Virus record (IMG/VR): IMGVR_UViG_3300021438_000002
Source of the DNA: an uncultured virus (IMG/VR IMGVR_UViG_3300021438_000002)
Taxonomy: Duplodnaviria > Heunggongvirae > Uroviricota > Caudoviricetes
Reading direction: 5' to 3' (one strand)
DNA length: 35,868 nucleotides
Below the pieces are notes generated by a model, which was given only the letters and a program-made list of their open reading frames with translations, did not search any database and was not told where the DNA came from. Of this stretch, positions 8,979 to 18,518 are shown piece by piece. The translations under genes and the position numbers were made by a program. The first letter of the stretch is position 1. The number at the start of each line of letters is the position of its first letter.

Positions 8979-9542
8979 ATGTCTGACATTCCATTACTTG
9001 GCTCAAGACAAATGGAGCACAAGGGTCCACTTATTCGCCTACTCCGTTGCCTAGTCTGCAACACCTGGGAAGAACTTCCTGACTGGGATGGCAAAGTAGA
9101 GGAAGACTTTCTTCTGGAGGTCTCCATTGAAAAGCATAAGTTCCCATCGGGTGAGCCTCATGTAGGAAAACTGTTTAAAGTCCCAGTGTCTTACTGGGCT
9201 AGTCCAGAAAAGCGTAAGGCTGTTCTACAGCAACTTGGGCAGGGTGGCTCCATAGGTTTGGATGCTCTTGACCCAGACAAGTCATTCTACGACAGCAAGA
9301 TGACATTTGCTGAAGACGCTATGAACTGCTGGAAGTCTCGTCTAAGCCCTAAAGATGGCTGTGGAGATTACCAGACTCCACAGAAGCGTATTCTCCCTAA
9401 GACCGCTGCGGAGCGTAAGGAGTTAGGTCTCCCTAGTCCAGCAGATGCCCCAGGACCAAAGGTTTACATTTGTAACTTTTGTCCTGTACACTCAGTAGTA
9501 ACTACTCGTAAACGCCAAATTCTTGGCTTATACGACAAGTAA
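8979..9542 (+). CDS. Putative Zn-binding protein
   Basis: AAGGAG RBS; CxxC...H...H and C..C..CxxC-x2-H clusters. Confidence 0.65.
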   Translation: MSDIPLLGSRQMEHKGPLIRLLRCLVCNTWEELPDWDGKVEEDFLLEVSIEKHKFPSGEPHVGKLFKVPVSYWASPEKRKAVLQQLGQGGSIGLDALDPDKSFYDSKMTFAEDAMNCWKSRLSPKDGCGDYQTPQKRILPKTAAERKELGLPSPADAPGPKVYICNFCPVHSVVTTRKRQILGLYDK

Positions 9543-9550
9543 GGAATAGC

Positions 9551-9664
9551 ATGGCAAAGGCAAAAGGTGCTCGTAACACTAACCGTCAAAACGGTAAAGC
9601 ATCCAAAAAACGACCAAAGGTATTCGATGCAATCAAGCGTCGTCTAGTAAACAAGGAGAAATAA
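9551..9664 (+). CDS. 37-aa highly basic microprotein (MAKAKGARNTNRQNGKASKKRPKVFDAIKRRLVNKEK), absent from ORF track
   Basis: TAAGGA RBS, ATG 9551, TAA 9662-9664. Confidence 0.65.
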   Translation: MAKAKGARNTNRQNGKASKKRPKVFDAIKRRLVNKEK

Positions 9665-9958
9665 ATGGCAAACGACAAGCAAGTAGAAGTAGCATTCTTG
9701 GTACTACTACACACCGATGGCACATTTGCTGTCAAACTTGAAGACCTAACGGAGCCTGTGGAGGCTGCTCGTGTGGCTGATGCTGGAGATGTGCTAAACG
9801 TCTCACAGACCATCATTGAAGAACTAAAGGCACAGGCTTTAGTCAGCCGTATTGTGTTGGCTCTTCAGCCTCCACAGCAACCTACTGTCTCAGACAAGGT
9901 TAAGGACGCCCTAAAAGAGCGTGGCATTGACCCTGAAAGTACCTCCATAGCCGAGTAA
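9665..9958 (+). CDS. Hypothetical protein
   Basis: AAGGAG RBS. Confidence 0.7.
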   Translation: MANDKQVEVAFLVLLHTDGTFAVKLEDLTEPVEAARVADAGDVLNVSQTIIEELKAQALVSRIVLALQPPQQPTVSDKVKDALKERGIDPESTSIAE

Positions 9959-9967
9959 ACTAGTCGT

Positions 9968-10873
9968 ATGACTGGTTTAGGTGCGTATGAGACATCGTAC
10001 TTCAGCACACCATCAGCAACCCTTGACCCGACGCTCTTCCAAGGGCGTCACTTGCAGTCCTGGGTGCGTCAAGGCGTAATGTCTTTACTTAATGACTTTT
10101 TGAGTCGAAAGTATCGTCATGCCGAATTATGGACGCATCCTTGGCTTGCAGGGTCAGGGGTTTCTTACCAATGGTCAGCCGCACGCCAGCCTGCTGACCT
10201 AGACTGCCTAGTAGGCGTGAACTTTGTACAGTTCCGCAAGGCTAATCCTGCCTTCACTGGTCTTAGTGACAAAGAGATTGCCGCCCAACTAAACGAAGAG
10301 TTTAAATCTGAATTACAGCCAGACACTGAAAATTGGAATGGCTACGAACTTACTTTTTATGTAAACCCAACCGCTACGGACATCCGCTCCATAAAGCCTT
10401 ACGCTGCGTACGACCTCAAATACGATGAGTGGACTGTAACTCCTAGCCAGAACTCTAAAGCCCCATCTAAGCCTGAATGGCAGAGTGTGGCTCATGGAGA
10501 TGCCATGATGACTAACCAAGTCATGACTAGGTTTACTAACGCCAAAAATGACCTAACTGTGGCTACCAATCCAGCCGCTAGACGCAATGCTGAGACCCGC
10601 CTTTGGTCAGCAGGAGCACAGGGCAATGCCCTATTCAATGAAATCCATGACAACAGAGCACTAGCCTTTAGTGCTAATGGAGAAGGCTATAACGACTTCC
10701 ATAACTATCGTTGGCAAGCAGGCAAAAGCACTGGAGCAATCCAAGCCTTGCGAACTATTAGGGAAAACATGAAGGGCATGCTACAAGAAAAAAATAGTTC
10801 TACTTATGGAGTGGAATTCCCAGATTCGGCTACGCTTATTAGAAGAGCAGCCCTACAAAGAAATGAGCAATAA
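9968..10873 (+). CDS. Pol-beta superfamily nucleotidyltransferase-like protein
   Basis: LAGS-x12-DLD motif, later acidic residue (YELTFY), helical C-terminal domain. Confidence 0.65.
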   Translation: MTGLGAYETSYFSTPSATLDPTLFQGRHLQSWVRQGVMSLLNDFLSRKYRHAELWTHPWLAGSGVSYQWSAARQPADLDCLVGVNFVQFRKANPAFTGLSDKEIAAQLNEEFKSELQPDTENWNGYELTFYVNPTATDIRSIKPYAAYDLKYDEWTVTPSQNSKAPSKPEWQSVAHGDAMMTNQVMTRFTNAKNDLTVATNPAARRNAETRLWSAGAQGNALFNEIHDNRALAFSANGEGYNDFHNYRWQAGKSTGAIQALRTIRENMKGMLQEKNSSTYGVEFPDSATLIRRAALQRNEQ

Positions 10874-11622
10874 TGGCTAGAAAAAGATTCGACCCTAAAG
10901 AACCAGTAGATGTTCCTGTATCTCCATCAGGTGCCCCTACAAGAACTAACGGGTTTATTCGTGCAGCCCAAGATACTAGTCCACAACGCTTCAAGAGCAG
11001 TGGAGCAGCCTTGCGTGAACAGTTTAGAACACTGATGGCACAAGCCAAAGACAGGGCATCAGGCTTGCCTGCCAGAGACCAGTCCAGTGTTTTGGATAGA
11101 CCTTTAGAAATGGGTGGCGTAATTGCTGGAACCGTAGACCCAAACAAAGTTAGCCAAACAAACATTTACCAGTGGTCTGATAGAACACCAAACCTAAACT
11201 TAAACAAAAGATTAAAACAACACCTAATAGATTCAGATTACGTGGCAACCAAGGCTTCAACAGGTCATTATGCACGGTTAGCCCAAAATGAAATCACACA
11301 GAAAAACGGTAATTCAATTATCTCTGATTTGGGTACCCATTTTCTTAAAGTTCACAATGGAGACCACCAAGCAGAAACCAACAGGCTTTCAGACCTAATC
11401 GACAAGAATGACCCACAAACAATTATGGAGCATGCCGCAGCGGCTGGAGTACAGGTATTCCATGACACTACCTCTATTGGAAGCCATCGACTACGAGTAC
11501 TTGTTGCTCCTGGCGTTCTTCAAAAGGGCGAAGCAAAACCATTTAGAAATAACACAGCAACACCAATTACTGCTAGGCAAGATGTGGACAGCCTACCAAA
11601 GGCTGCAAGATACGAGAAATAA
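10873..11622 (+). CDS. Hypothetical protein
   Basis: TAATG-coupled 249-aa ORF. Confidence 0.65.
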   Translation: MARKRFDPKEPVDVPVSPSGAPTRTNGFIRAAQDTSPQRFKSSGAALREQFRTLMAQAKDRASGLPARDQSSVLDRPLEMGGVIAGTVDPNKVSQTNIYQWSDRTPNLNLNKRLKQHLIDSDYVATKASTGHYARLAQNEITQKNGNSIISDLGTHFLKVHNGDHQAETNRLSDLIDKNDPQTIMEHAAAAGVQVFHDTTSIGSHRLRVLVAPGVLQKGEAKPFRNNTATPITARQDVDSLPKAARYEK

Positions 11623-11628
11623 CCCTAA

Positions 11629-12114
11629 ATGCAAATACTCGTAGAACTAGATGGCGTACTGAGAAACAAAGATGACGGGATTATCTCCACAGGAGTGCTT
11701 ACATACTCCATGCTTACTGCCTATAACCGAATGACTATCATGTCAACCAGCACCGAAGAAGACACCCTTCGCTGGTTAAATGTCAATAAGGTTGTAGATG
11801 TGGATAACATCATAGACTCCTCTGTTGCTTTGGAGGGGGAAGACCTTGCGGAGCGACAAATCAACTTTGCTCGAAGCAGAGGTGCTATTGACTTGTTCAT
11901 TACCAGTAATCCTAAGTTGTGGGCTTATGCTTTTGACTTAGGTATTACCTCCATAATGTTTGGAGTACCTTCTTACATCCGCCCTGAGTTCCGTCCAGAT
12001 GCACCTAAAAAGGTTCGCTCCTGGGACTCTATTCAAGAGGCTATCGACCGACAGAACGAGGCTAGGGTCAAAGACTTGCGTCTTACTCGCAGCACCGATG
12101 TGAGTTTTGAATGA
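11629..12114 (+). CDS. HAD-superfamily-like protein (degenerate motif I)
   Basis: MQILVELDGVL N-terminus (ExD rather than DxD), Rossmann-like pattern. Confidence 0.55.
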   Translation: MQILVELDGVLRNKDDGIISTGVLTYSMLTAYNRMTIMSTSTEEDTLRWLNVNKVVDVDNIIDSSVALEGEDLAERQINFARSRGAIDLFITSNPKLWAYAFDLGITSIMFGVPSYIRPEFRPDAPKKVRSWDSIQEAIDRQNEARVKDLRLTRSTDVSFE

Positions 12115-13583
12115 TTATTTTCAATGGTGTGGAGATTCCCTCCAATAGAACGCTTCTGGAAAAGTGTGGAGTTCAGCATGTAATGCTCAACTACTGGGGG
12201 CTCCGTAAGCGGGGACTTCCTAAGACTAAGGCTTATCTAGTAGGCGAACATTTCTATCCAAACATGAAGGTATGGATAGACTCTGGAGCCTCTTCTGCGG
12301 ATGAAGCCAACCTTTCTAAAGAAGAACTACTTGAATACGCAGCGGATTACGAGGAGTTTATCTCCTACAACTATGAGCGTATTTCAGGCTGGGTTGAGTT
12401 TGACAGTCAAGTCCTAGGTCTTGAATGGGTAGAACAACAACGCTACACCCAAGGGGCGGACCCTAAGCGATGGGTTGTATGGAGAGAAAAATACGGAACT
12501 CCTAAACTTCAAAACTGGGCTACGGAGTTCCCAAACATTGCAATCCCTTACGAGACTATTGAGTCTATGACTTCTCTATCAGGCATTGTTCGAGGCTTGA
12601 AGAGCCGTCTCAATGTAGATTTCCATGCTCTTGCAACAGCAAAGCCAGACAACCTTCGTCAAATACCTTTCTCCACAACCTCCACACTGTCTTGGATAAG
12701 CCCTATGAGGCGTGGTGAGACCATCATTTGGGATGGTCAGAAACTTGTTCGTTATCCAAAAAACATGAAGGCACAGGCTCGTCCACGCTACAAGGCTTTG
12801 TTAGAAAAAGAAGGCTTTGACTTTCAGAAATTCGTGGATGACGACACCCTAGAAGCGACCAGAGTGGCAGTCTGGTCTTACTTACAACTCGAAGCCAGCA
12901 TGAAGAAAGGCAATCACATGTCCCAGTTAGCCGATAGTAATGACGACCCCCTATACACAGGTTTGATGCAAACAGGGGTAGGTGCTTCTAATAACAGTGG
13001 TTCTGAGACTCTCAAACAAGAACATACAGAACTTGTCCAAAGAGACCCTAAAGACATCTCTCCATTGCCTGTTTTTGGCTACCAAATGAAGACCATTGTG
13101 GAGACTGAAAATGGTCATGATGTGCTCAAAGATGTGCCTGTTGTACATTCTCAAAGTGCTTCTCTACGCAACTGCAACACCTGCTTTGTCGCAGCGAACT
13201 GCCCTGCTTTCAAGCCCGATAACACCTGTGCTTTCAACTTGCCTGTGGAGGTAAAGACTAAAGACCAACTCAAGTCTTTGCTCACTACAATCATCGAAAT
13301 GCAGGGTCAGAGAGTAGCATTCATGCGGTTTGCAGAGGAAATGAATGGTGGCTATGCAGACCCAAATGTGTCTCAAGAAGTAGACCGCCTATTCAAACTT
13401 GTAAAGTCTATGAAGGAACTTGATGAAAACAAAGAGTTCATTCGCATCACTGCGGAGAGGCAATCTAGTGGTGGTGTTTTGAGTGCAATCTTTGGTGATA
13501 GAGCACAGGCTTTAAGAGAGATGAACCAGCCTCTAAATGAAGAAGAAACCACAAAGATTATCCGTAACTCACTGGAAAACTAG
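12111..13583 (+). CDS. TGT/DpdA-like (IDSGA) domain fused to a C-terminal four-Cys and helical domain
   Basis: VWIDSGA, DFHALA, STLSW motifs; CxxC-x5-C-x8-C near residue 355. Confidence 0.45.
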   Translation: MIIFNGVEIPSNRTLLEKCGVQHVMLNYWGLRKRGLPKTKAYLVGEHFYPNMKVWIDSGASSADEANLSKEELLEYAADYEEFISYNYERISGWVEFDSQVLGLEWVEQQRYTQGADPKRWVVWREKYGTPKLQNWATEFPNIAIPYETIESMTSLSGIVRGLKSRLNVDFHALATAKPDNLRQIPFSTTSTLSWISPMRRGETIIWDGQKLVRYPKNMKAQARPRYKALLEKEGFDFQKFVDDDTLEATRVAVWSYLQLEASMKKGNHMSQLADSNDDPLYTGLMQTGVGASNNSGSETLKQEHTELVQRDPKDISPLPVFGYQMKTIVETENGHDVLKDVPVVHSQSASLRNCNTCFVAANCPAFKPDNTCAFNLPVEVKTKDQLKSLLTTIIEMQGQRVAFMRFAEEMNGGYADPNVSQEVDRLFKLVKSMKELDENKEFIRITAERQSSGGVLSAIFGDRAQALREMNQPLNEEETTKIIRNSLEN

Positions 13584-13619
13584 GCTTTCTTACTAGCCGA
13601 TAGTACTTAGGAATAATAC

Positions 13620-13979
13620 ATGAAACTAGGTCCAGACAAAAATGATGTTATTTACATTGAAAATGAGACCAGTGAAAAAGCACTTCAACAGTCTTATTCT
13701 CTAAAAAAGTATCTTTATGGAATAAGCAAAGAAAACTATCTTTCTCTTGTGGAGAAACAAGGCTCTAAGTGTGCTTCTTGTGGAGACGATGCTACTGGTG
13801 CTGAACACACGCTGCACATTGACCACAACCATGAAACTAATGAAATACGAGGATTGCTTTGTGCTGGCTGTAATACGGCTTTAGGTTGGCTTCATGATGA
13901 CCCAGTTAGGATTACTAAACTTGCGGAGTATCTCCATAACTCTGGTACTGGTATGTTTATCCCTGAAAAATCTTCCTAG
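13620..13979 (+). CDS. Endonuclease VII-family (His-Me finger) nuclease
   Basis: YGIS...Q...CASC...IDHNH....RGLLC..CN..LG...DD. Confidence 0.85.
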   Translation: MKLGPDKNDVIYIENETSEKALQQSYSLKKYLYGISKENYLSLVEKQGSKCASCGDDATGAEHTLHIDHNHETNEIRGLLCAGCNTALGWLHDDPVRITKLAEYLHNSGTGMFIPEKSS

Positions 13980-14075
13980 ATTTGTGAAGTTAGCAGAAGG
14001 GTTGTAGGCTTCTACCACCGACAATAGAACTCCCACAATCGTGGAGTATTTATCTAAAACAAGAAATGGTGGTCT

Positions 14076-16112
14076 ATGACTATGTTCTCATTCCGTCTCG
14101 CAGAAGACTTTGTAACAACCTATAAGGACAAGAAGCCACCTTTTGGCTATAAGGATGTTGCTGGCAACTCCGTAGGTGAAATCACCTTTCTTCGCACTTA
14201 CTCTCGCAAAAAGCCAGATGGCTCTAAGGAAACTTGGGCTGAAGTCTGTGAGCGTGTAATCAACGGGATGTATTCCCTCCAGAAGGACTGGGCTAAGTCT
14301 TCTAGGCTTCCATGGAGCGATGCCAAAGCCGCCGCCAGTGCTAAGGAGGCTTATGACCGCCTGTTCAACTTGAAGTGGACACCTCCAGGACGAGGACTAT
14401 GGGTTATGGGCACGGAAATCGTAAACAAGCAACGAAACTCGGCTGCGTTGCAGAACTGTGCTTTCGTATCCACTTTGGAAATGACTAAGAACAATCCTGC
14501 CAAGCCTTTTGCTTTCCTTATGGAGGCTTCTATGCTTGGTGTAGGAGTTGGCTTTGATGACAAGGGTGCGGACAAGAACTTTGAAATCTATGCTCCATCA
14601 TCTCCACAGGAGTACCTCATCCCTGACACTCGTGAAGGTTGGGCAGAGAGCACTACGGCTCTCATCAACTCTTTCTTGAAGCCAGACCAGCCTTTATGGA
14701 GTTTCAACTACGATGAAATCCGTCCTTATGGAGCACCTATTGCTACCTTTGGTGGAACGGCTGCGGGACACGAGCCTCTTTTGAAACTCCACGAGCAAAT
14801 CGCAAAGATGTTTGCTGGACGCAAAGGTGAAAGGCTTTCTCGCAAAGACATTGCTGACATTGGAAACATGATTGGGGTCTGTGTAGTCTCTGGAAATGTG
14901 AGGCGTTCTGCTGAACTGCTCATTGGTCGCATTGACGATGAGGACTTCTTGAACTTGAAGAACGCTGAACGCTTCCCAGAGCGTAACTCTTATGACCCTG
15001 AAGCCCCAGGATGGGCTTGGATGAGTAACAACTCCGTAGAAGTCTCCGTAGGAACAAACTTTGACTCCATAGTGGAGGGTATTGTGCGTAATGGAGAACC
15101 TGGAGTTATCTGGATGGACACATCTAAGGCTTATGGAAGGCTTGTGGATGCTCCAAACAACAAGGACTGGCGAGTCATGGGCTATAACCCTTGTGCTGAA
15201 CAGTCTTTGGAGTCTTTCGAAATGTGTACTCTTGTGGAGACTTACTTGAATAGACATGACTCTTTGGAAGACTTCAAGAGAACTTTGAAGTTTGCTTATC
15301 TCTATGCCAAGACTGTGACTTTGCTTCCTACTCACTGGGAGGAGACCAATGCCATCATGCAACGCAACAGGCGTATTGGAACCTCCATAAGTGGCGTGGC
15401 AAACTTTGCTGACAACAAGGGGCATCATGTGCTTCGTCAGTGGATGGATGAGGGCTATGCAACTGTCAAGGGCTATGACCAGACTTACAGTGAATGGCTT
15501 GGCATTCGTGAGAGCATCAAGATGACTACTGTAAAGCCTTCTGGAACTGTCTCTATCTTGGCTGGTGAAAGTCCAGGAGTTCATTGGACTTCTGGAGGTA
15601 AGTTCTTCAATCGTGCAATACGCTTTGCTAACAACGACCCTATGCTCCCGTTGTTCAAGATGGCTAACTACACTGTGGAGCCTGCATCCGAGAGTCCAGA
15701 CACTACCTCAGTGGTATTCTTTCCTATCAAAACTGATGCTAAACGCTCCGAGAAGGAGGTCTCAGTCTTTGAAAAGATGGCTTTAGCCTCCACAGCACAA
15801 CGCTACTGGAGCGATAACTCCGTAAGCGTGACTGTTACTTTTGATGTGGAGACAGAGTCAGACCAAATCGGTACTGTGCTCCACATGTACGATGGTCAGA
15901 TGAAGACTGTTTCATTCTTGCCTATGGGTAACATGACTTATCCACAGATGCCTTATACGCAGATTACGGAGGACGAGTATGATGCTTATGCTATGAAACT
16001 CTTTCCGATTGACTTTGCTGGAGTCTATGGAGGTCTTGGTGTGGAGGCTATCGGTGAGGCTTACTGCACTACCGATGCTTGTGAAATCAAACTAATAAAG
16101 GACAACCAATAA
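14076..16112 (+). CDS. nrdJ: Class II (adenosylcobalamin-dependent) ribonucleotide reductase, monomeric RTPR type
   Basis: RTYSR, PPGRGLW, QNCAF, VVSGNVRRSA, NPCAEQ, TTVKPSGTVS, C-terminal CTTDAC. Confidence 0.95.
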   Translation: MTMFSFRLAEDFVTTYKDKKPPFGYKDVAGNSVGEITFLRTYSRKKPDGSKETWAEVCERVINGMYSLQKDWAKSSRLPWSDAKAAASAKEAYDRLFNLKWTPPGRGLWVMGTEIVNKQRNSAALQNCAFVSTLEMTKNNPAKPFAFLMEASMLGVGVGFDDKGADKNFEIYAPSSPQEYLIPDTREGWAESTTALINSFLKPDQPLWSFNYDEIRPYGAPIATFGGTAAGHEPLLKLHEQIAKMFAGRKGERLSRKDIADIGNMIGVCVVSGNVRRSAELLIGRIDDEDFLNLKNAERFPERNSYDPEAPGWAWMSNNSVEVSVGTNFDSIVEGIVRNGEPGVIWMDTSKAYGRLVDAPNNKDWRVMGYNPCAEQSLESFEMCTLVETYLNRHDSLEDFKRTLKFAYLYAKTVTLLPTHWEETNAIMQRNRRIGTSISGVANFADNKGHHVLRQWMDEGYATVKGYDQTYSEWLGIRESIKMTTVKPSGTVSILAGESPGVHWTSGGKFFNRAIRFANNDPMLPLFKMANYTVEPASESPDTTSVVFFPIKTDAKRSEKEVSVFEKMALASTAQRYWSDNSVSVTVTFDVETESDQIGTVLHMYDGQMKTVSFLPMGNMTYPQMPYTQITEDEYDAYAMKLFPIDFAGVYGGLGVEAIGEAYCTTDACEIKLIKDNQ

Positions 16113-16333
16113 TGATTACTGTGTATAGCAACCCAAACTGTGTTCAGTGCGAACAGACCAAGAGATACCTGTCTCTCCATAACATCCTATTTGAAAGCAA
16201 AATGATTGCTGATAGCCCAGAAATCAACGCTTTGATTACGGAGAAAGGCTATACCTCTGCTCCAGTAGTCGTTACGGAGAAAGATAGTTGGTCAGGCTTT
16301 CGTCTTACGAAACTAAAGGCTCTTACTCAATAA
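16112..16333 (+). CDS. nrdH: NrdH-like glutaredoxin
   Basis: CVQC active site, APVV, WSGFR. Confidence 0.92.
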   Translation: MITVYSNPNCVQCEQTKRYLSLHNILFESKMIADSPEINALITEKGYTSAPVVVTEKDSWSGFRLTKLKALTQ

Positions 16334-16343
16334 CCCCAGATAC

Positions 16344-16383
16344 AAAAAAAGCCCCATGACCAACAGGTCATGGGGCTCTTTTC
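16344..16383. terminator. Bidirectional intrinsic terminator between convergent nrdH and integrase
   Basis: A7-GCCCCATGACC-aaca-GGTCATGGGGC-TCTTTTC; perfect 11-bp stem with U-tracts on both strands. Confidence 0.9.
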
Positions 16384-17496
16384 TTACAGGAACTCATTGG
16401 CTATCTCGGATGCCTTTGAGGTCTGGTGTCGTAGACGATGCAAATAGCGTTCAGTAGTGCTTATGCTTTGATGCCCAAGGCGTTCTTTGACTTCATGCAC
16501 ATCTATGCCTCCTTTGAGGAGCAAAGTTGCATTGGCATGTCGTAAGTCGTGAGTTCTTGGGAACCAGTTTATGGAGGACTTGTCTATTGCTGACCTCCAC
16601 ATACGCCTCCATGTGTCCCTAGGGAGATGGTTGCTAGTGTTTGCGGAGGTCTTCTCCACATCCACAGTGCTTGCTATAAGGCTTTTGCTAAACAGCAAAT
16701 CCTTACGCTCTAGCCCATGAACTTGTGCATGAGTCAGCAACTCTTTCATGAACTCCGCACTGACTACTACTAGCCTGCGGTGCCCAGATTTAGTTGCTGG
16801 AATAATCCTGAACCTATCCCCATTGTTGGCTTTAGCCCCGAGGTCAGAGACCCTACGCTGGACATAAACCTCGTTTGATTTCTCATTGAGGTCTTTGAGT
16901 CTGACCTCCGTAGCCTCTCCATAACGACAACCAGTAAGTGCCAAGAATGTGGCAAACAACTTACTGGAGTCACTAGGGAGGTGGCTAAGGATGTCTTTGA
17001 ACTCGTCAGGCTCCAGTACATTACGGAGTTCATTACTGTCGAGTTGTTTGATTTTGATTTTGTGAGTTGGGTTCGCATCTAGTTGGTCAGCCTCCACAAG
17101 GTCTTGCAGTGCGGAGCCTAATGCTGACTTGGCTTGAATGCGAGTTGCACTACCGATGCCATCTTGACGGAGAGTCTCCAGCATCTCACGCACAGTTACA
17201 CGCTTGATGCTATTGACTTTACGCTTACCTAGCACAGGTAGAACATGGGTGACAAGTACCGAGGTGTAGTTCTTCTTGGTAATCGGCAGGAGGTCGGCTT
17301 TAGGGAGCCACGCCTTGATGTATTGCTCCAAGGTCATGTTTACCCTGTACGAGCCCTGTACGCCCAGTTTCTCGGCTATTTGGGCTTGCTCCAGTGCCTC
17401 TTCCCGACTGGAGAATGTACCAGCCGAGCATCGGGTGCCTGACTTGTCACGATAATAGCCTGTGTGGCGTTCGCCACGACTAATCGTGTATGCCAT
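16384..17496 (-). CDS. Tyrosine recombinase / integrase
   Basis: TGCRYGE (R), TKS (K), HDLRH (H-x-x-R), LGH, TTERY (Y); N-terminal arm and SAM-like core-binding domains. Confidence 0.92.
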   Translation of the reverse strand: MAYTISRGERHTGYYRDKSGTRCSAGTFSSREEALEQAQIAEKLGVQGSYRVNMTLEQYIKAWLPKADLLPITKKNYTSVLVTHVLPVLGKRKVNSIKRVTVREMLETLRQDGIGSATRIQAKSALGSALQDLVEADQLDANPTHKIKIKQLDSNELRNVLEPDEFKDILSHLPSDSSKLFATFLALTGCRYGEATEVRLKDLNEKSNEVYVQRRVSDLGAKANNGDRFRIIPATKSGHRRLVVVSAEFMKELLTHAQVHGLERKDLLFSKSLIASTVDVEKTSANTSNHLPRDTWRRMWRSAIDKSSINWFPRTHDLRHANATLLLKGGIDVHEVKERLGHQSISTTERYLHRLRHQTSKASEIANEFL

Positions 17497-17591
17497 TGCG
17501 GTTCCTAAACGCTGGATGCCTACGCTTTGACTGCTCTTTGAGGATTTGCTCCAAAGAGAGTTCTACGATTTGCTTACGCTTGATACGCCTA

Positions 17592-17888
17592 CTAAATAGG
17601 CTTTTTAGTTTGACTAATAGCAACTGCTATGCTCCTTCCTAGTCTTTCCAGACTCTTTAGGTGGTCTATCTTTTGTGATGGATGGTTTCTCATTCGCTTA
17701 CGCTCCTGAACTGTTGCTCCACCCCAGATGCCATACTGCTGGTTATCTTTGAGTGCTTGGTTCAAGCATGCCAAGACCATAGGGCAAGTAGCACAGAGTG
17801 CCTTTGCCTCCTTAGTCTTCTCTTGAACTTCCCCAAACTCGGGGAAGAATGTTTCTGTCTTATCGGTGCAGGGTAATAGGGTGCTCAT
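17592..17888 (-). CDS. whiB: WhiB-family Fe-S transcription factor (probable start 17888)
   Basis: C...FFP...AKALCATCP...C...YGIWGG...ER. Confidence 0.9.
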   Translation of the reverse strand: MSTLLPCTDKTETFFPEFGEVQEKTKEAKALCATCPMVLACLNQALKDNQQYGIWGGATVQERKRMRNHPSQKIDHLKSLERLGRSIAVAISQTKKPI

Positions 17889-18031
17889 AGCAAACCCTTT
17901 CTTTTTAGTAGTTGTCGTAGTTGTGGTTTCCAGAACCCATACCATCTGTTTCTCCATAGGGCTACATAAGCCCTGATGGGATAACGGAGCGGTTGGTATG
18001 GAGCACGATGTCTTGCAGTTTTTTTACTCAT
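17885..18031 (-). CDS. 48-aa basic/aromatic microprotein (MSKKTARHRAPYQPLRYP...), absent from ORF track
   Basis: Fills the gap exactly, overlapping the neighbouring start and stop codons on both sides. Confidence 0.5.
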   Translation of the reverse strand: MSKKTARHRAPYQPLRYPIRAYVALWRNRWYGFWKPQLRQLLKRKGLL

Positions 18032-18518
18032 TGGTGAACCAAATGTATGCGTAGCCATCAGGGGCTGTACCAGTGTCTTCTGCCCAACCGAACTGGCTGT
18101 ACCAGTCGTAGTTCTTGGCTAGAAGTGCTGTGCGGTGGCTAGAGGCGATTGCCTCAAACTTCGCATCATTTCGCATCCACTTAGGTTGAGGGGCTTTACT
18201 GGTCGTTTTACCAGTTGCTACACCCCTAGCGTAGGTGCTCATGACTTTGTCATAGATGGTGCTGTTGTAGCCACGCTTTTTCCATTCGATGACCATTGAG
18301 ACCACATACCAAAGTAGTTCGTGTTCTGCTCCAGCCCACATCTTGACTGCTGGGTGATTAGCCCAGCCCTTTGGCTTGCGGTGGTTGCCATCAGGGTCAA
18401 GTTCTAAGAGGGTCAGCATAATCTGCCAACCCTCCAGAGCCTGCTTGTTGAGACGCTTGTTGTCCAGTGTCTTGGCAACTTCGTCCCAGCCATTAGTTGT
18501 TGTTATGAATGTCTGCAT
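18024..18518 (-). CDS. MSMEG_6728 / pyrimidine-dimer DNA glycosylase (DenV-like) family protein
   Basis: MQTF...LD.KRL.KQ..E..QI...W.NHPAVKMW...EWKKRGY...SHR..LL.K...Y..F. Confidence 0.8.
   Translation of the reverse strand: MQTFITTTNGWDEVAKTLDNKRLNKQALEGWQIMLTLLELDPDGNHRKPKGWANHPAVKMWAGAEHELLWYVVSMVIEWKKRGYNSTIYDKVMSTYARGVATGKTTSKAPQPKWMRNDAKFEAIASSHRTALLAKNYDWYSQFGWAEDTGTAPDGYAYIWFTNE

Noticed and set aside
13620..13979. Endo VII gene as part of a self-splicing intron
   Set aside because: Both flanking genes look complete and the flanks are too short for an intron core, so it is treated as free-standing.
14694..15584. 296-aa ORF antisense to nrdJ
   Set aside because: Shadow ORF of a well-conserved gene, with no RBS or motifs.
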